64,000 bases of DNA from a virus (taxonomy: Duplodnaviria; Heunggongvirae; Uroviricota; Caudoviricetes; Demerecviridae): positions 1-64,000 of IMG/VR virus record IMGVR_UViG_2974604416_000001. The stretch is one strand, 5' to 3'. Each line of letters begins with the position of its first letter. Position 1 is the stretch's first letter. This document shows positions 1-9,552 of this stretch, piece after piece. Position numbers and translations under genes: made by a program. A model generated the notes under the pieces. That model was not told the DNA's origin, did not search any database, and saw only the letters and a program-made list of their open reading frames with translations.

Positions 1-53
1 TTCGTTAAATATTTATCAAACATAGTTTTTCTCCTTACCTAGATATAATACCT

Positions 54-95
54 CGGATTGCAAAAATTTGCAATCCGATTTTATTTTTCCGATAA
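54..95 (+). terminator. rho-independent terminator (plus strand, for a gene upstream of the window)
   Basis: 10-bp inverted repeat cggattgcaa/ttgcaatccg with a 4-nt loop, followed by a T-run (attttattttt). Confidence 0.5.
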
Positions 96-100
96 ATAGA

Positions 101-140
101 AAAACCCTTGAAACAGCAAAGTTTCAAGGGTTCCAAAAAC
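101..140 (-). terminator. rho-independent terminator downstream of NAMPT gene
   Basis: inverted repeat cccttgaaac/gtttcaaggg; the minus-strand reading gives a hairpin followed by tttttctattt. Confidence 0.55.
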
Positions 141-199
141 TACCCTGCGCCGCGAGCCTATTACTATATAAGCGCAGAGCTGGGATTACGTGTCATTAA

Positions 200-1798
200 T
201 TAAAGATAGGTCTCCAATTTAGCACGAATCTTGGCAAGAGAGGTTTCACGCAACAGCTTACCGTTTTTAAATACTGGAGTCAGCATGGACTGGGACTCAC
301 GATCACGAGTAACATTAGCTTCCAAGTACAAGCGGCCATCTTCACCCATACCAACATACAGGAAGCCTTTAGCAGACTTCTTCTTGCTGTCAGTTTTCGG
401 GTCTTTAAAGATAGGAGTCCAATCACCCTCTTTCTTCACAGCAGTGGCTTTCATGGCAGAGCCATGAGTGTCACGGGTGACATACTGGTAGGTGAAGCTA
501 CCAATACCCAGAACTACAGAAGGTACGAAACCTTTCTTCATCAGCTTTTCGTGAATCTTACGCTGACGTTCCAAAGTGATAGAATCACCATAGATAGCCC
601 CAATATGGGAGTCCAACAGCTTGTAGGTTCTCTTGAAGTACTCGTCGCCGTTGGGAGCCCACTCAACGAAAGTACCCCCAAAGATATTCCACAGGCTTTC
701 GATAAGGCCCCATACTTCGTACTGGGAGATATCCTCAAACTCCATCAGGCCATGCTCGTTGACCTTGGTGACTTTAATGAACTTGTGCTGGTCTTGGAGG
801 AAGTAGATGCCTTCTTCCATGATTTCTTGGATACTGTATGCATCAGAGTAATTCAGACCACACAGAATGTCCACAGGATCACCAGAGTCAGGACGAATAA
901 CCAGAGTACCATCACGAGCCATAATCTCGTCTTTCAGAGCAGGCAGATACTCACTTACCAGTTTCCAGAAGTCCCAGGTATCAGACACAACAGACAGGAT
1001 GCCAGTCGGAGTAACGTTGGTCATCAGGTGACGCAGAGACTCCATCTCACCCTCGTTACCATAGGAGCACATTACAGAGTGCTCGGTAGCATCTACAGAT
1101 GCCATAACCAGCTCTTTCTCAACGTCTGCGTTGTAATACTCTTCCGTGAACTCCGCAGCAGGATAGGTATCACTGCCATAGAAGCTGCACAGATGGCCAA
1201 AGCCACTCATTGCAGCAGCTTGGGTACCAAACATGCCACGGTAGGAGAAGTCGTGGCCCATGAACTTAACCATTTCCTTGGAAATAGGAGTTCTCTCAAA
1301 CTGGCGACGGTACGCGAATGCTGTAGTAGCTGAAGTACAGATACCCCACAATTCAGCAGACATTACAGTTTCCAGCATACCAGGAACCCAATGGAAGCCA
1401 TCAACAGTGCTTTCAATGGTCAGGCTCGGAACACCGTAGGGAACCAGAGTACCTTCTTCAACTGCTTTGATTTCAATAGGCAGATAGCCCAAGTCCCAGA
1501 GTGCCTCCATGTGTGCAGTAGGGATTTTCTTGCCCAAGACAGCGTTGGTCATACGGTTCCAACGTTTGATTGCCTTTTTCTTCTCTACACAGAAGAAAGT
1601 CTCATTCCAGCGTTTAATCAGCACTTCTTTAATGAAATACTGGAGACCAACAAAGGCAACTTCGGCATTGTCCGGGATGTTTGCCAGTTTACCGCTGCGG
1701 TTAGTGAAGTTCTCATACGCAGACTGGGACAGCGGGTGGTAGGCAAACGGGTGATAGGTTTTGTAAACATCAGACATAAGAGCAGCGGTAAATTGCAT
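200..1798 (-). CDS. nadV: nicotinamide phosphoribosyltransferase (NAMPT)
   Basis: 532-aa intact ORF with NAMPT-like N-terminus (DVYKTYHP...) and a length typical of the family; TAA stop; no in-frame TAG. Confidence 0.8.
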   Translation of the reverse strand: MQFTAALMSDVYKTYHPFAYHPLSQSAYENFTNRSGKLANIPDNAEVAFVGLQYFIKEVLIKRWNETFFCVEKKKAIKRWNRMTNAVLGKKIPTAHMEALWDLGYLPIEIKAVEEGTLVPYGVPSLTIESTVDGFHWVPGMLETVMSAELWGICTSATTAFAYRRQFERTPISKEMVKFMGHDFSYRGMFGTQAAAMSGFGHLCSFYGSDTYPAAEFTEEYYNADVEKELVMASVDATEHSVMCSYGNEGEMESLRHLMTNVTPTGILSVVSDTWDFWKLVSEYLPALKDEIMARDGTLVIRPDSGDPVDILCGLNYSDAYSIQEIMEEGIYFLQDQHKFIKVTKVNEHGLMEFEDISQYEVWGLIESLWNIFGGTFVEWAPNGDEYFKRTYKLLDSHIGAIYGDSITLERQRKIHEKLMKKGFVPSVVLGIGSFTYQYVTRDTHGSAMKATAVKKEGDWTPIFKDPKTDSKKKSAKGFLYVGMGEDGRLYLEANVTRDRESQSMLTPVFKNGKLLRETSLAKIRAKLETYL

Positions 1799-1808
1799 AT
1801 GGGTATCC

Positions 1809-2039
1809 TTAAATTGAGTATGGAATAAGTAGGTATTCGTCTTTGGTTAGCGGTACAATTACCGTGCGAGCAACTTCACCATTGCAAGGCTCCGCATCTT
1901 CTAATCGGAAAGTTTCCCCTACCACTTGAATTACCTTAAAGACGTGATTTCTGGTATATGTACCTTCCGGTATAGTCAGTTCTTTAAGAACTATTATCCT
2001 GCGTCCTTCTACTGGGTTAGCTCCTTTAGATATAAACAT
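1809..2039 (-). CDS. hypothetical protein
   Basis: 76-aa ORF, TAA stop, tightly packed between prs and nadV. Confidence 0.35.
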   Translation of the reverse strand: MFISKGANPVEGRRIIVLKELTIPEGTYTRNHVFKVIQVVGETFRLEDAEPCNGEVARTVIVPLTKDEYLLIPYSI

Positions 2040-2833
2040 TATTTAGTCCAGTCATAGGTTGCGGTAACATGGTATCCAGCTTCTTGGAGACGTTCTTTAG
2101 CTCCGTAACTGAAAATGCCATGAGTGACATGCAAGTAAAGGTTATTAGCTCCAGCTTCTTTCAGTGCTTTAGCCAACTGCAAGAAGGTACGGCCCCCGTC
2201 ACAAATGTCATCCATAACCAGCAGGTCTTTACCTTGGACATTACCAAACACTACTGGGTCACTAAGCTCACCTGTCTTAGTATCCCGCATCTTACCTGCT
2301 TGAATAACTTCTGAGATATTGTAGGCTTTAGCTGCTTTTTGTACCTTCTTGGTTGCACCGAAGTCTGGAGCTACCAGAGCATCAACAACAGGCACGAACT
2401 CTGGCATTTCCCACGGCACATTAAACACCTTGTCAATCAACGCAGAACCTACGTCACTGTGACAATCGTTAATAACGATAATGTCTACTGGGAGAGTATT
2501 CAACAGCTTAGTGAATACTTTCAGAGAGAATGCTTGACCTGGCTCTGTCACACGGTCTTGTCGTGCATAGGGTAGATATGGAAGATGCAGCACAAGATGG
2601 ACATTACCCAACAGCTCACGAACAGCATCTACAACCAAGGCCAGCAACATAATCTCACCGTTGCGAATATGTGCTTCGATAGTAACTTCTTCTTCAAAGT
2701 CCCACATCTTGGCATCAGCGTAATCCAGTACCACATCGTACTCGCCACCGGCGTACTGCTTAATGTTAATAGGCATTTCGGTGCCACGGGCACCGACAAC
2801 TTTAAACTTGTTCATCATAGGTAAGTCTCCCAC
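2039..2833 (-). CDS. prs: ribose-phosphate pyrophosphokinase (PRPP synthetase)
   Basis: motifs LPYLPYARQDR (Prs PYxxYxRQDR) and PRPP-binding loop LLVMDDICDGGRT; TAA stop. Confidence 0.75.
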   Translation of the reverse strand: MGDLPMMNKFKVVGARGTEMPINIKQYAGGEYDVVLDYADAKMWDFEEEVTIEAHIRNGEIMLLALVVDAVRELLGNVHLVLHLPYLPYARQDRVTEPGQAFSLKVFTKLLNTLPVDIIVINDCHSDVGSALIDKVFNVPWEMPEFVPVVDALVAPDFGATKKVQKAAKAYNISEVIQAGKMRDTKTGELSDPVVFGNVQGKDLLVMDDICDGGRTFLQLAKALKEAGANNLYLHVTHGIFSYGAKERLQEAGYHVTATYDWTK

Positions 2834-3102
2834 TTGTTGGCCTTGGAGTTTACCAAGGAATCGTAGTTGTTGGCAATTTCTTCTTCGCTATGGCCAAACT
2901 CCCTCAAGCGTTTATAGATGAAATCCTGGAGTGCAATGATAGCATCTGCGGCTTCGGAAATATCAGGCTCGTCACAGCGATATGGCTGGTTAATGGCCTT
3001 AGCCAGTTCGCCCATTTCCTCTACAGCCTTGAGGAAGGCAAATTCAGTAGAGGTGTCGCTACGGCGAGACAGTTCTTGAAGGCGATGGTTTATATTCTTC
3101 AT
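2815..3102 (-). CDS. MazG-like nucleotide pyrophosphohydrolase domain protein
   Basis: 95-aa ORF with EEMGELAKAI motif resembling the MazG EExGE motif. Confidence 0.4.
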   Translation of the reverse strand: MKNINHRLQELSRRSDTSTEFAFLKAVEEMGELAKAINQPYRCDEPDISEAADAIIALQDFIYKRLREFGHSEEEIANNYDSLVNSKANKWETYL

Positions 3103-3646
3103 TAGCTTTTCTCCAAAATTGCTTTAATTGCTTTAAGTTTGGTATCTTCGTCCCAATCTAGCTTAACTATGTCAGTTATCTTCTTGATGGGGCTTTCTGG
3201 TACAATCTCTGTACGGGCGATGATTCGCCCATTCTTAGCTAACCATGCTGCTACATTCAGCAGGGACTGGGAGCTATCTGTGCTATTACGGCAATTAACA
3301 CACAGACCGTATTCATCAATTTCGGGCTTACCACACTTGCATATGTAGGTTTTCAGTGGGGGCACAAAAGGTTGCTTAAACTCTCTATACCTATCATAAG
3401 CTCTCTGCAACCTATTAAACTCGTTATTCGCACGATGTTCAGGGTAGTTACGGATGGTGACAGGTATTTGGTACAGCCCTAAAGAATCCCACAACTTGAA
3501 GTAATCCTTAAACAGAGCACTGTACCAAGGCTTTTGTCTGTAGATGTTGAAACCTTCAGGGAACTTAATGCTTAAACGTTTCTTATAGGCAATAACTGGC
3601 AGTGCTTTTTGCGGCAAGCTATTACCGCTAAGATCAATATAAGACA
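3102..3646 (-). CDS. zinc-ribbon protein, function unknown
   Basis: ORF with a CKCG...CVNC cysteine cluster; the likely start is the internal ATG (MSYIDLSG), which has a GGAGGAACC RBS; the upstream part of the tracked ORF overlaps the promoter cassette. Confidence 0.45.
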
Positions 3647-3650
3647 TTGA

Positions 3651-3690
3651 GGTTCCTCCCGATTTATGCAATTATTATATCAAATATCGA
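3651..3690 (-). promoter_or_regulatory. conserved promoter-RBS cassette (extended -10 TGnTATAAT + ATTTATATAAATTGAGAGG)
   Basis: plus strand reads ...gatttatgcaattattatatcaaat...; the reverse complement gives the TATAAT element plus a GAGGA RBS immediately 5' of the gene start. Confidence 0.5.
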
Positions 3691-3715
3691 CGTTTCGGGC
3701 CAGAAATACAATAAT

Positions 3716-4027
3716 TTACCAAACGCCTTCTGAGTATAATTCCTGTCCTGACCCACCGTTACGCTCAATATCAAAGGGTTGGCCACTTGCTAGTACTACC
3801 TGCATAGCCTCTTCCCGATCCATGAATACTCTCCATTGATCAAGGAAGCCCTGCTCTTCTTTGGCGATCACAGACCTACCCGATTCTTTAAGACCAATCC
3901 AATCTGCTTGTTCTCGCATAAGTGGATCCCAGTGGCGTACACCCACCAGAATAAAAACACGGCCATCCTTGAAGGTAATACGGTTAGCGGCACAAACAAC
4001 TTTACGCGGGAACGAGTGCATACTCAA
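3716..4027 (-). CDS. hypothetical protein
   Basis: 103-aa ORF. Confidence 0.35.
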   Translation of the reverse strand: MSMHSFPRKVVCAANRITFKDGRVFILVGVRHWDPLMREQADWIGLKESGRSVIAKEEQGFLDQWRVFMDREEAMQVVLASGQPFDIERNGGSGQELYSEGVW

Positions 4028-4262
4028 TAGCCTCCATCAGGTTGTCATAGATTTCACCTTCTTCATCACTTTCAGCGTAACCACAGTCTGCTTGGAGAGC
4101 CATAAGTACAACTGCTGCTTCTGCTTTGGTTAGGGCCAGAACAATAGGGCGATTTTCCAGAGTAGAGCGCAGCGCGTACATTTCACAGGTTTCTTTTGGC
4201 ATGGCTGGATGATCAGTTGCGTAGTCCAGTGCATTTACTATCAGGTCTTTATCAATAATCAT
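4002..4262 (-). CDS. hypothetical protein
   Basis: 86-aa ORF overlapping its neighbours by a few nt (operon-like packing). Confidence 0.35.
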   Translation of the reverse strand: MIIDKDLIVNALDYATDHPAMPKETCEMYALRSTLENRPIVLALTKAEAAVVLMALQADCGYAESDEEGEIYDNLMEAIEYALVPA

Positions 4263-4570
4263 TCGTTTAGCTCCTTGATAAGGTTTTGGATAACTTCATA
4301 TTGCACGTCGTCATCACTTTCAATAAACTCACTTGCGAGCTGTACCCAGTGTTTAAGATTATCTTTCTCAACCTGAGTAAATCGAGGGGCTGGAATGTGG
4401 AATACGCTGGTGAGGATAATTGATGTTGGGGCAACTCCCTGAATTTCCCCCAACTTCTCTGTAACCGCTTTTGTGTCCCAGTAACTCATTTCTAGGTCGG
4501 TGTGGCCATGAACTATCTCCATCGAGTTAGCTCTAAACATATAAGATACAAGTACTTTCATCAGATGCAA
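4259..4570 (-). CDS. hypothetical protein
   Basis: 103-aa ORF. Confidence 0.35.
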   Translation of the reverse strand: MHLMKVLVSYMFRANSMEIVHGHTDLEMSYWDTKAVTEKLGEIQGVAPTSIILTSVFHIPAPRFTQVEKDNLKHWVQLASEFIESDDDVQYEVIQNLIKELNE

Positions 4571-4752
4571 TCCTTTTCAAAGTCGTCAAGCTTAATTACT
4601 GGGTAAATGTCCTGGGAGTCTCGGAAGGTGCTCCAAAGCTCGTCTGCGTCACTACCAAATTCGTGGCACACAAAGACACCATCAACAAACACCGAACCCA
4701 TAACACCACCGTTGAGTTCATCATCACGAACATGTTTGAGTTCAATTGCCAT
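4561..4752 (-). CDS. hypothetical protein
   Basis: 63-aa ORF. Confidence 0.3.
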   Translation of the reverse strand: MAIELKHVRDDELNGGVMGSVFVDGVFVCHEFGSDADELWSTFRDSQDIYPVIKLDDFEKDCI

Positions 4753-5026
4753 TTTTCAGTACCTCGACATATTTAGAAAGAATCTCGTTGCAGGCTTTCA
4801 TATCTTCTACCTTAGGTGGATTGATGATCTTCTCATCCATAGCCCACGCTCTGGTAATGCCATATAGACCATCTTCAAACTTGGAGGTTAATTCCTTAAA
4901 CTGTTCAACCGACTCTACCGCTTTAATCTTAGCGCAGGCCTCAACCTGCTTAGTAAACTCAGTACTATCGTACTCGGCCTGAACCACTCCAGACACTAGG
5001 GCCAACATTACAAGAAACTTTTTCAT
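4742..5026 (-). CDS. small secreted protein
   Basis: N-terminal signal peptide MKKFLVMLALVSGVVQA; the promoter cassette lies immediately upstream. Confidence 0.45.
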   Translation of the reverse strand: MKKFLVMLALVSGVVQAEYDSTEFTKQVEACAKIKAVESVEQFKELTSKFEDGLYGITRAWAMDEKIINPPKVEDMKACNEILSKYVEVLKNGN

Positions 5027-5029
5027 TTG

Positions 5030-5060
5030 CTATTCTCCTCAATTTATATAGCTATTATAG
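5030..5060 (-). promoter_or_regulatory. conserved promoter-RBS cassette
   Basis: the reverse complement reads ttttttGCTATAATagctatataaattGAGGAG directly before the ATG at 5026. Confidence 0.55.
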
Positions 5061-5095
5061 CAAAAAACGGGCACGATGGCCCGTCTTATTTTACC
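5061..5095 (-). terminator. rho-independent terminator
   Basis: hairpin acgggc-acgat-ggcccgt flanked by an A-run/T-run, sitting between the gene ending at 5091 and the promoter cassette. Confidence 0.5.
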
Positions 5096-5516
5096 ATTTC
5101 CCGCCAGTCAACGGGATATCAAAGATTGTTTCCATCCCAGGGCTCAGGTACAGTCGCTTACCGAACTTCATACCATTGTGATGTTTCTCAAAGCACAGGT
5201 ACGGATTACCCTCTACGTCTCGCTTAACTACATTGGTGTCGTAGCTAAGGTCTCGCATAAAGCGGTTTACGGAGGAGTAAATGTGGATAATCTGTTCGTG
5301 GGAAACAAAGAACCACTTAATTTTTCCACCGTCACTATACCTCCCAAAAAACCCTTGTGCTTGGTCTGGGCTTACTGGGCTAAGGTCTAGTACAAGGCTG
5401 GCAAACATTTGTACAGCGTGTCTAGCAGCACCTACAGAAATTTCTTCTTTATTAAACATGGTCAATCCTCTTAATGTGAAATTTGGTGTCTTCGGTAATG
5501 AAGAAGTGGGAGACAA
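5091..5516 (-). CDS. hypothetical protein
   Basis: 141-aa ORF. Confidence 0.4.
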   Translation of the reverse strand: MSPTSSLPKTPNFTLRGLTMFNKEEISVGAARHAVQMFASLVLDLSPVSPDQAQGFFGRYSDGGKIKWFFVSHEQIIHIYSSVNRFMRDLSYDTNVVKRDVEGNPYLCFEKHHNGMKFGKRLYLSPGMETIFDIPLTGGKW

Positions 5517-5766
5517 AGCCGTCTAGACTATTGAGTGTGCCCAGGAAGAAAGGGGCTTTACCCAATTCTTCTAGCTCAAAACCCTCACCAGTCATGATGC
5601 CACGTACAGTTACTTTACGCTTGTTTGTGTCACCCTCATCAACTACGCAGTACAACATAGATTGACCATTCGGGTGTAGAGTTAAACTAAGAACCTGTGC
5701 TGACTTTGGCAAATCTAGCTCAGTATCCCCAATAAATCTAAGAGGGAAGCGATGGATAGTTTTCAT
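5452..5766 (-). CDS. hypothetical protein
   Basis: 104-aa ORF. Confidence 0.35.
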   Translation of the reverse strand: MKTIHRFPLRFIGDTELDLPKSAQVLSLTLHPNGQSMLYCVVDEGDTNKRKVTVRGIMTGEGFELEELGKAPFFLGTLNSLDGFVSHFFITEDTKFHIKRIDHV

Positions 5767-6215
5767 TTACTAAGCTCCAGAACAATGTTGTTAGCTTGGT
5801 CAACCAGCTTACGTTTGCGGTTAGAGTACACCACCCCTTTGTATCCTCCCAGAAGTTCCCCAAGCAGCTTGGGGCTGCAAGACACACAGTAGCTAAGAAT
5901 CTCCAGCAATTCAGAGAGTCTGATATAGGCTGCTGGGTTACCTTTACCGGCCAAAGTATTTGGGACTTTGGTATCAGGATGTACACCAAAGCTGACCAGA
6001 AATACTGTCAGGGACAGTAGCTTTTGGGCATCCTCAAAAGATACAGCTACTTTGGTCTTATAGTTGTAGAAACCTTTCAGGCCATCAAGCCAATAGATGA
6101 TACCTTCACTATTGGTTCCACGCATGGTCTCAACTGACTGGAACCCCAACTCTTCCATAAAGAGGTTAATCAGTTCGATTTTACGATACAGTTTTACGCC
6201 TTGTGCTTCGCTCAT
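5763..6215 (-). CDS. hypothetical protein
   Basis: 150-aa ORF. Confidence 0.4.
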   Translation of the reverse strand: MSEAQGVKLYRKIELINLFMEELGFQSVETMRGTNSEGIIYWLDGLKGFYNYKTKVAVSFEDAQKLLSLTVFLVSFGVHPDTKVPNTLAGKGNPAAYIRLSELLEILSYCVSCSPKLLGELLGGYKGVVYSNRKRKLVDQANNIVLELSK

Positions 6216-6451
6216 TTTAGCCTCCGTAAAGTTTTAGCCAATTCTCGACATACTTCTATTCGTTGTTTGGTAGTCAACTTTTTCCACTGTGGGGAAGTTT
6301 TAGACTCATAAACCATAGCCTTCTTTATAACCTCTCGCTCCGCAGAAGTTATCAAGGGATACGTTGAACAGTCTTTTAGTATGGCGTGTGCTGGAGTACC
6401 CACCAAAATAAGAAGTAGTACTATATACTTAATCACAACGTTACTCCACAA
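6212..6451 (-). CDS. small secreted protein
   Basis: signal-peptide-like N-terminus (LLLILVGTPAHA). Confidence 0.4.
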   Translation of the reverse strand: MWSNVVIKYIVLLLILVGTPAHAILKDCSTYPLITSAEREVIKKAMVYESKTSPQWKKLTTKQRIEVCRELAKTLRRLK

Positions 6452-6998
6452 TAATTTTGTGATGGTCGGCTACTTCAATCTCTTTAGAACCCAAACGGTC
6501 GATCACTTCTTCAAGAAGAAGATACCGACCCCAAGCATCCCAGCCTACATCCATGCTACGACCGAAGCCTTCCAAGTTGCCATGAGAGTGGCCATAGATA
6601 TGCAGGCTGCCGCGACCTTGGTCTTGCCAAGCTCGGATAGCATAATGGCACATCACAATCTTTGTTCCATCAAATTTACGGCAGTACAGATCATGAACAT
6701 TAGCTACGCCTACGTCAAGAAGCTGTTCCTCTGTAACGTTATCCAACCATTCATCATGGTTCCCACGGATGATAATCTTGTTACCGGTCATGGCCCTAAG
6801 CACATCCAGAGTAAATCCAGCTTTTCCAAAACTAAAATCGCCCAAGATGTATAGGGTATCAGTCTCTCGTACAATATCATTGTGATATTCAATGAGAGCC
6901 TCTGTCATTGCTTCACGAGATTCCCAAGGACGATGTTCAGGACACACATTAAGGATGTTGCGGTGTCTATGATGAAGATCACTTGTAAAATACACCAA
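6441..6998 (-). CDS. calcineurin-like Ser/Thr protein phosphatase (metallophosphoesterase)
   Basis: motifs SDLHH, GDFSFG and GNHD characteristic of PPP-family metallophosphatases. Confidence 0.65.
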   Translation of the reverse strand: MVYFTSDLHHRHRNILNVCPEHRPWESREAMTEALIEYHNDIVRETDTLYILGDFSFGKAGFTLDVLRAMTGNKIIIRGNHDEWLDNVTEEQLLDVGVANVHDLYCRKFDGTKIVMCHYAIRAWQDQGRGSLHIYGHSHGNLEGFGRSMDVGWDAWGRYLLLEEVIDRLGSKEIEVADHHKIIVE

Positions 6999-7164
6999 TT
7001 TAACTCACTCCTCTTCTTCTTCTTTAAGTCTGTTAATTAGATGTTCTATTTGTTCTTGAGATAAACTAAAGAACTCCGAATTGCCACTAGCCTACTGTAA
7101 ATTAGTTTTTCTGAACTGACTAAATTCACTATGTAAGGATTGTTCTAAAATTCATAGGCGTCCA

Positions 7165-7398
7165 TTACTTCTCCCTAGAGGAATAGATGGCTATCATAAT
7201 AAAGATAGCCACAGAGGACAGGATAATCGCTGCTTGTCTGCTAAGTTCAAACTGAGGAAACTCCAGTAGACGTGCCCACATAAATATCAGTGGAGCTGTG
7301 TCAAACATCAGTAAACTGGCAAAACTAAAAAATATGAAAGGCATTGCCAGCAAAACAAAAACCGTAGCAGCCAATGCTTTAAGCAGTAGTTTAATCAT
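7165..7398 (-). CDS. small membrane protein
   Basis: 77-aa hydrophobic ORF. Confidence 0.4.
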   Translation of the reverse strand: MIKLLLKALAATVFVLLAMPFIFFSFASLLMFDTAPLIFMWARLLEFPQFELSRQAAIILSSVAIFIMIAIYSSREK

Positions 7399-7400
7399 AA

Positions 7401-7691
7401 TTAAAACCTCAAAGTCATCTCTAAGGATACACCCATATCGTTAGTTCTGCAACCTGTTACGAACTCACTAACAAGGTTAGCAGCAGGCATTCCTTCTAAG
7501 TCTATGCCTAGCTTTACACTAAATACTCTACGGTCACCGTAGTCAGCTACGTAACCTATTTGTGGCTTACCCATGAGCCCGTCAAAATATAGCTCCATTA
7601 AGTCTCTAATCCCGAATCGGCAGGTACGCGGGACAGTGATGGTGCCTTCTATATGTGTCCAAACGCTCATGTAATCTCTCCTCTCATTCAA
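7401..7691 (-). CDS. hypothetical protein
   Basis: 96-aa ORF preceded by a promoter cassette at 7685-7720. Confidence 0.4.
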   Translation of the reverse strand: MNERRDYMSVWTHIEGTITVPRTCRFGIRDLMELYFDGLMGKPQIGYVADYGDRRVFSVKLGIDLEGMPAANLVSEFVTGCRTNDMGVSLEMTLRF

Positions 7692-7744
7692 TATAAATAT
7701 TATATCAAATAAGTGGCTTGTTAGCTACAGATATTATATAAAAG

Positions 7745-7776
7745 AAAAGCCCGTCAAGGGACGGGCTTTAGACATT
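7745..7776. terminator. rho-independent terminator (bidirectional-looking)
   Basis: aaaagcccgtc-aagg-gacgggcttt hairpin flanked by A-run and T-run. Confidence 0.5.
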
Positions 7777-7965
7777 ACGGACGAGGGGTTAGTACCGCAC
7801 CACCAGTAAACATAGGTAGTACTATGGATACTAGGATGGCTACAATAGCTACTACAACAATTAGCTCAATCAGGGTGAATCCTTTCATATTATGCCCCCA
7901 TAATGGTAGAAACGATAGCATATACAGCGATTACTACACCAATCATAGGTACGATGACAACAAGA

Positions 7966-8355
7966 TTACTTTTCTTGAACATTTTTAACAGCCTTATCCA
8001 CAAGTGGAGTTTCTGGTTGAGAGTTAATTACGTCTTTTGGCTTAGCCTGTAGTGTCTTGTTTTCCAGCTCTGTTGGCATTTCTACCTCCACCTCAGCAAC
8101 TGGACGCTGCAACCTTGGTGCCACCTCATTAATTGGTCGCATAATTGGAGAGGTCAGAGATTTAAACACAAGATACACCAGCGTTAAGATGGTCATCACT
8201 AGACAGCCATAACCGAACACGGAATATTTGTTATTGAACTCTTTTACTTTGGGGTGTCTATTAACACCCCAGATAAACACACCCCATACCAGCATACTAA
8301 ACAGCATTACTGCTACGGGAATCCAGACAATAATCTCTAGGTTAGCGAATGTCAT
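7966..8355 (-). CDS. membrane protein
   Basis: 129-aa ORF with hydrophobic N-terminal segments. Confidence 0.4.
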   Translation of the reverse strand: MTFANLEIIVWIPVAVMLFSMLVWGVFIWGVNRHPKVKEFNNKYSVFGYGCLVMTILTLVYLVFKSLTSPIMRPINEVAPRLQRPVAEVEVEMPTELENKTLQAKPKDVINSQPETPLVDKAVKNVQEK

Positions 8356-9215
8356 TATTTAGCCACCATGTTTTGAACAGCAATAGAGTCCAGCATTTCA
8401 GTAGGTACGAATACCTTGTTTTCAGACTGGGCCAGTTTTTCAAGAACTTCGAGTTGACGAAGTTTCAGGTAGTTTTGACTGAACATCTTATCAGCAACCA
8501 TCGCGGTGGTAGATGCTTTCATCATTTCCAGTTCACGACGCTGGGTTTCAACCTCTTTGTCGGTTTGGATTTGCAGCAAGTCAAGGTTACGCTGAGCCAG
8601 TACTTGGTCTTCGTTTTCCTTGCGCTTTGCGGCGTTTTCTTGAGCATCAGTGATGATTTTCGGGTAATCAACATTAGTCAGGCCAGCAACCTTAACAATG
8701 AAAGGAGTACCTTTCAGCTTCTTTTGCAGCTCAGACTGTACGAACTCGTTAACACGGTCTCGGTTGGATGCAATCTCCGCAATAGTGAACTTAGTCAGAA
8801 TTTGCGGCATCAAGGTGTTAATCTTGGTAGATGCTGTACGGTCATACACATCAGCCAATCGAATAACTGCCAGTTGGTCTGCTTGGCTCTGGGCTGGGAT
8901 GATACTAAAGATTTGGTCGTACTCTTTAGGGTCAATGGCCAGAGTCATGGATACCCCATAGGTAAGATTCAACTTATCTTTAGGCATAAAGGTCTTAAAC
9001 TCTCGGTTAAAGACTTGGTCAGAAGCCTCCAACAGTACCAGTTTATCACAGTAAGTCCAGCAGTGGTCTAAGCGAAACTTAGACGGTTGGATAACCCCAT
9101 CCTGGAAGCCTTTAGTGGTCTGAACCTTACCAACATAGGAGGTAGGAACTTCTACAGCGGTACCGCAACCAGACAGACCAATAACAGCAGCCAACATCAA
9201 CAGATATTTTTTCAT
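8355..9215 (-). CDS. lipoprotein
   Basis: signal peptide with lipobox LSGC, 286 aa; a promoter cassette lies upstream at 9236-9270. Confidence 0.5.
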   Translation of the reverse strand: MKKYLLMLAAVIGLSGCGTAVEVPTSYVGKVQTTKGFQDGVIQPSKFRLDHCWTYCDKLVLLEASDQVFNREFKTFMPKDKLNLTYGVSMTLAIDPKEYDQIFSIIPAQSQADQLAVIRLADVYDRTASTKINTLMPQILTKFTIAEIASNRDRVNEFVQSELQKKLKGTPFIVKVAGLTNVDYPKIITDAQENAAKRKENEDQVLAQRNLDLLQIQTDKEVETQRRELEMMKASTTAMVADKMFSQNYLKLRQLEVLEKLAQSENKVFVPTEMLDSIAVQNMVAK

Positions 9216-9552
9216 TTATTTCTCCACTTGGTTTATCAATTTATGTGAATATTATATCAAAGAACGGGGTTTCTAGCAAAAATTATCGCATAAGAGCGAA
9301 GGGCCAGGTAATTGCAATATAAATGGCAGATACTACGGCAATTACTGTCATTCTAGCTGCGGCATTAGCTCTTGGGAGCATCATAAGTTTTACGCGAACT
9401 TTCGCAACTTTCTGTCTATGTCTTTCTGGCAGTTTTTCAAGCGGGACGTACCCCCATATACATTCTGGTCAGCATCACCGCTGAACCGATACCCAGAAGT
9501 ACAGAAATAGAGGTGTAAACTACTAGAAAGTAGTGTAAAAACATGTCAGTAA

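Noticed and set aside
231-1828. Plus-strand ORFs antisense to NAMPT and many similar antisense ORFs in the track (for example 464-1333, 8349-9071, 17354-18052, 36103-36474, 40444-41085)
   Set aside because: They lie fully inside well-supported minus-strand genes, lack RBS and recognisable domains, and are the usual antisense artefacts of AT-poor codon positions.
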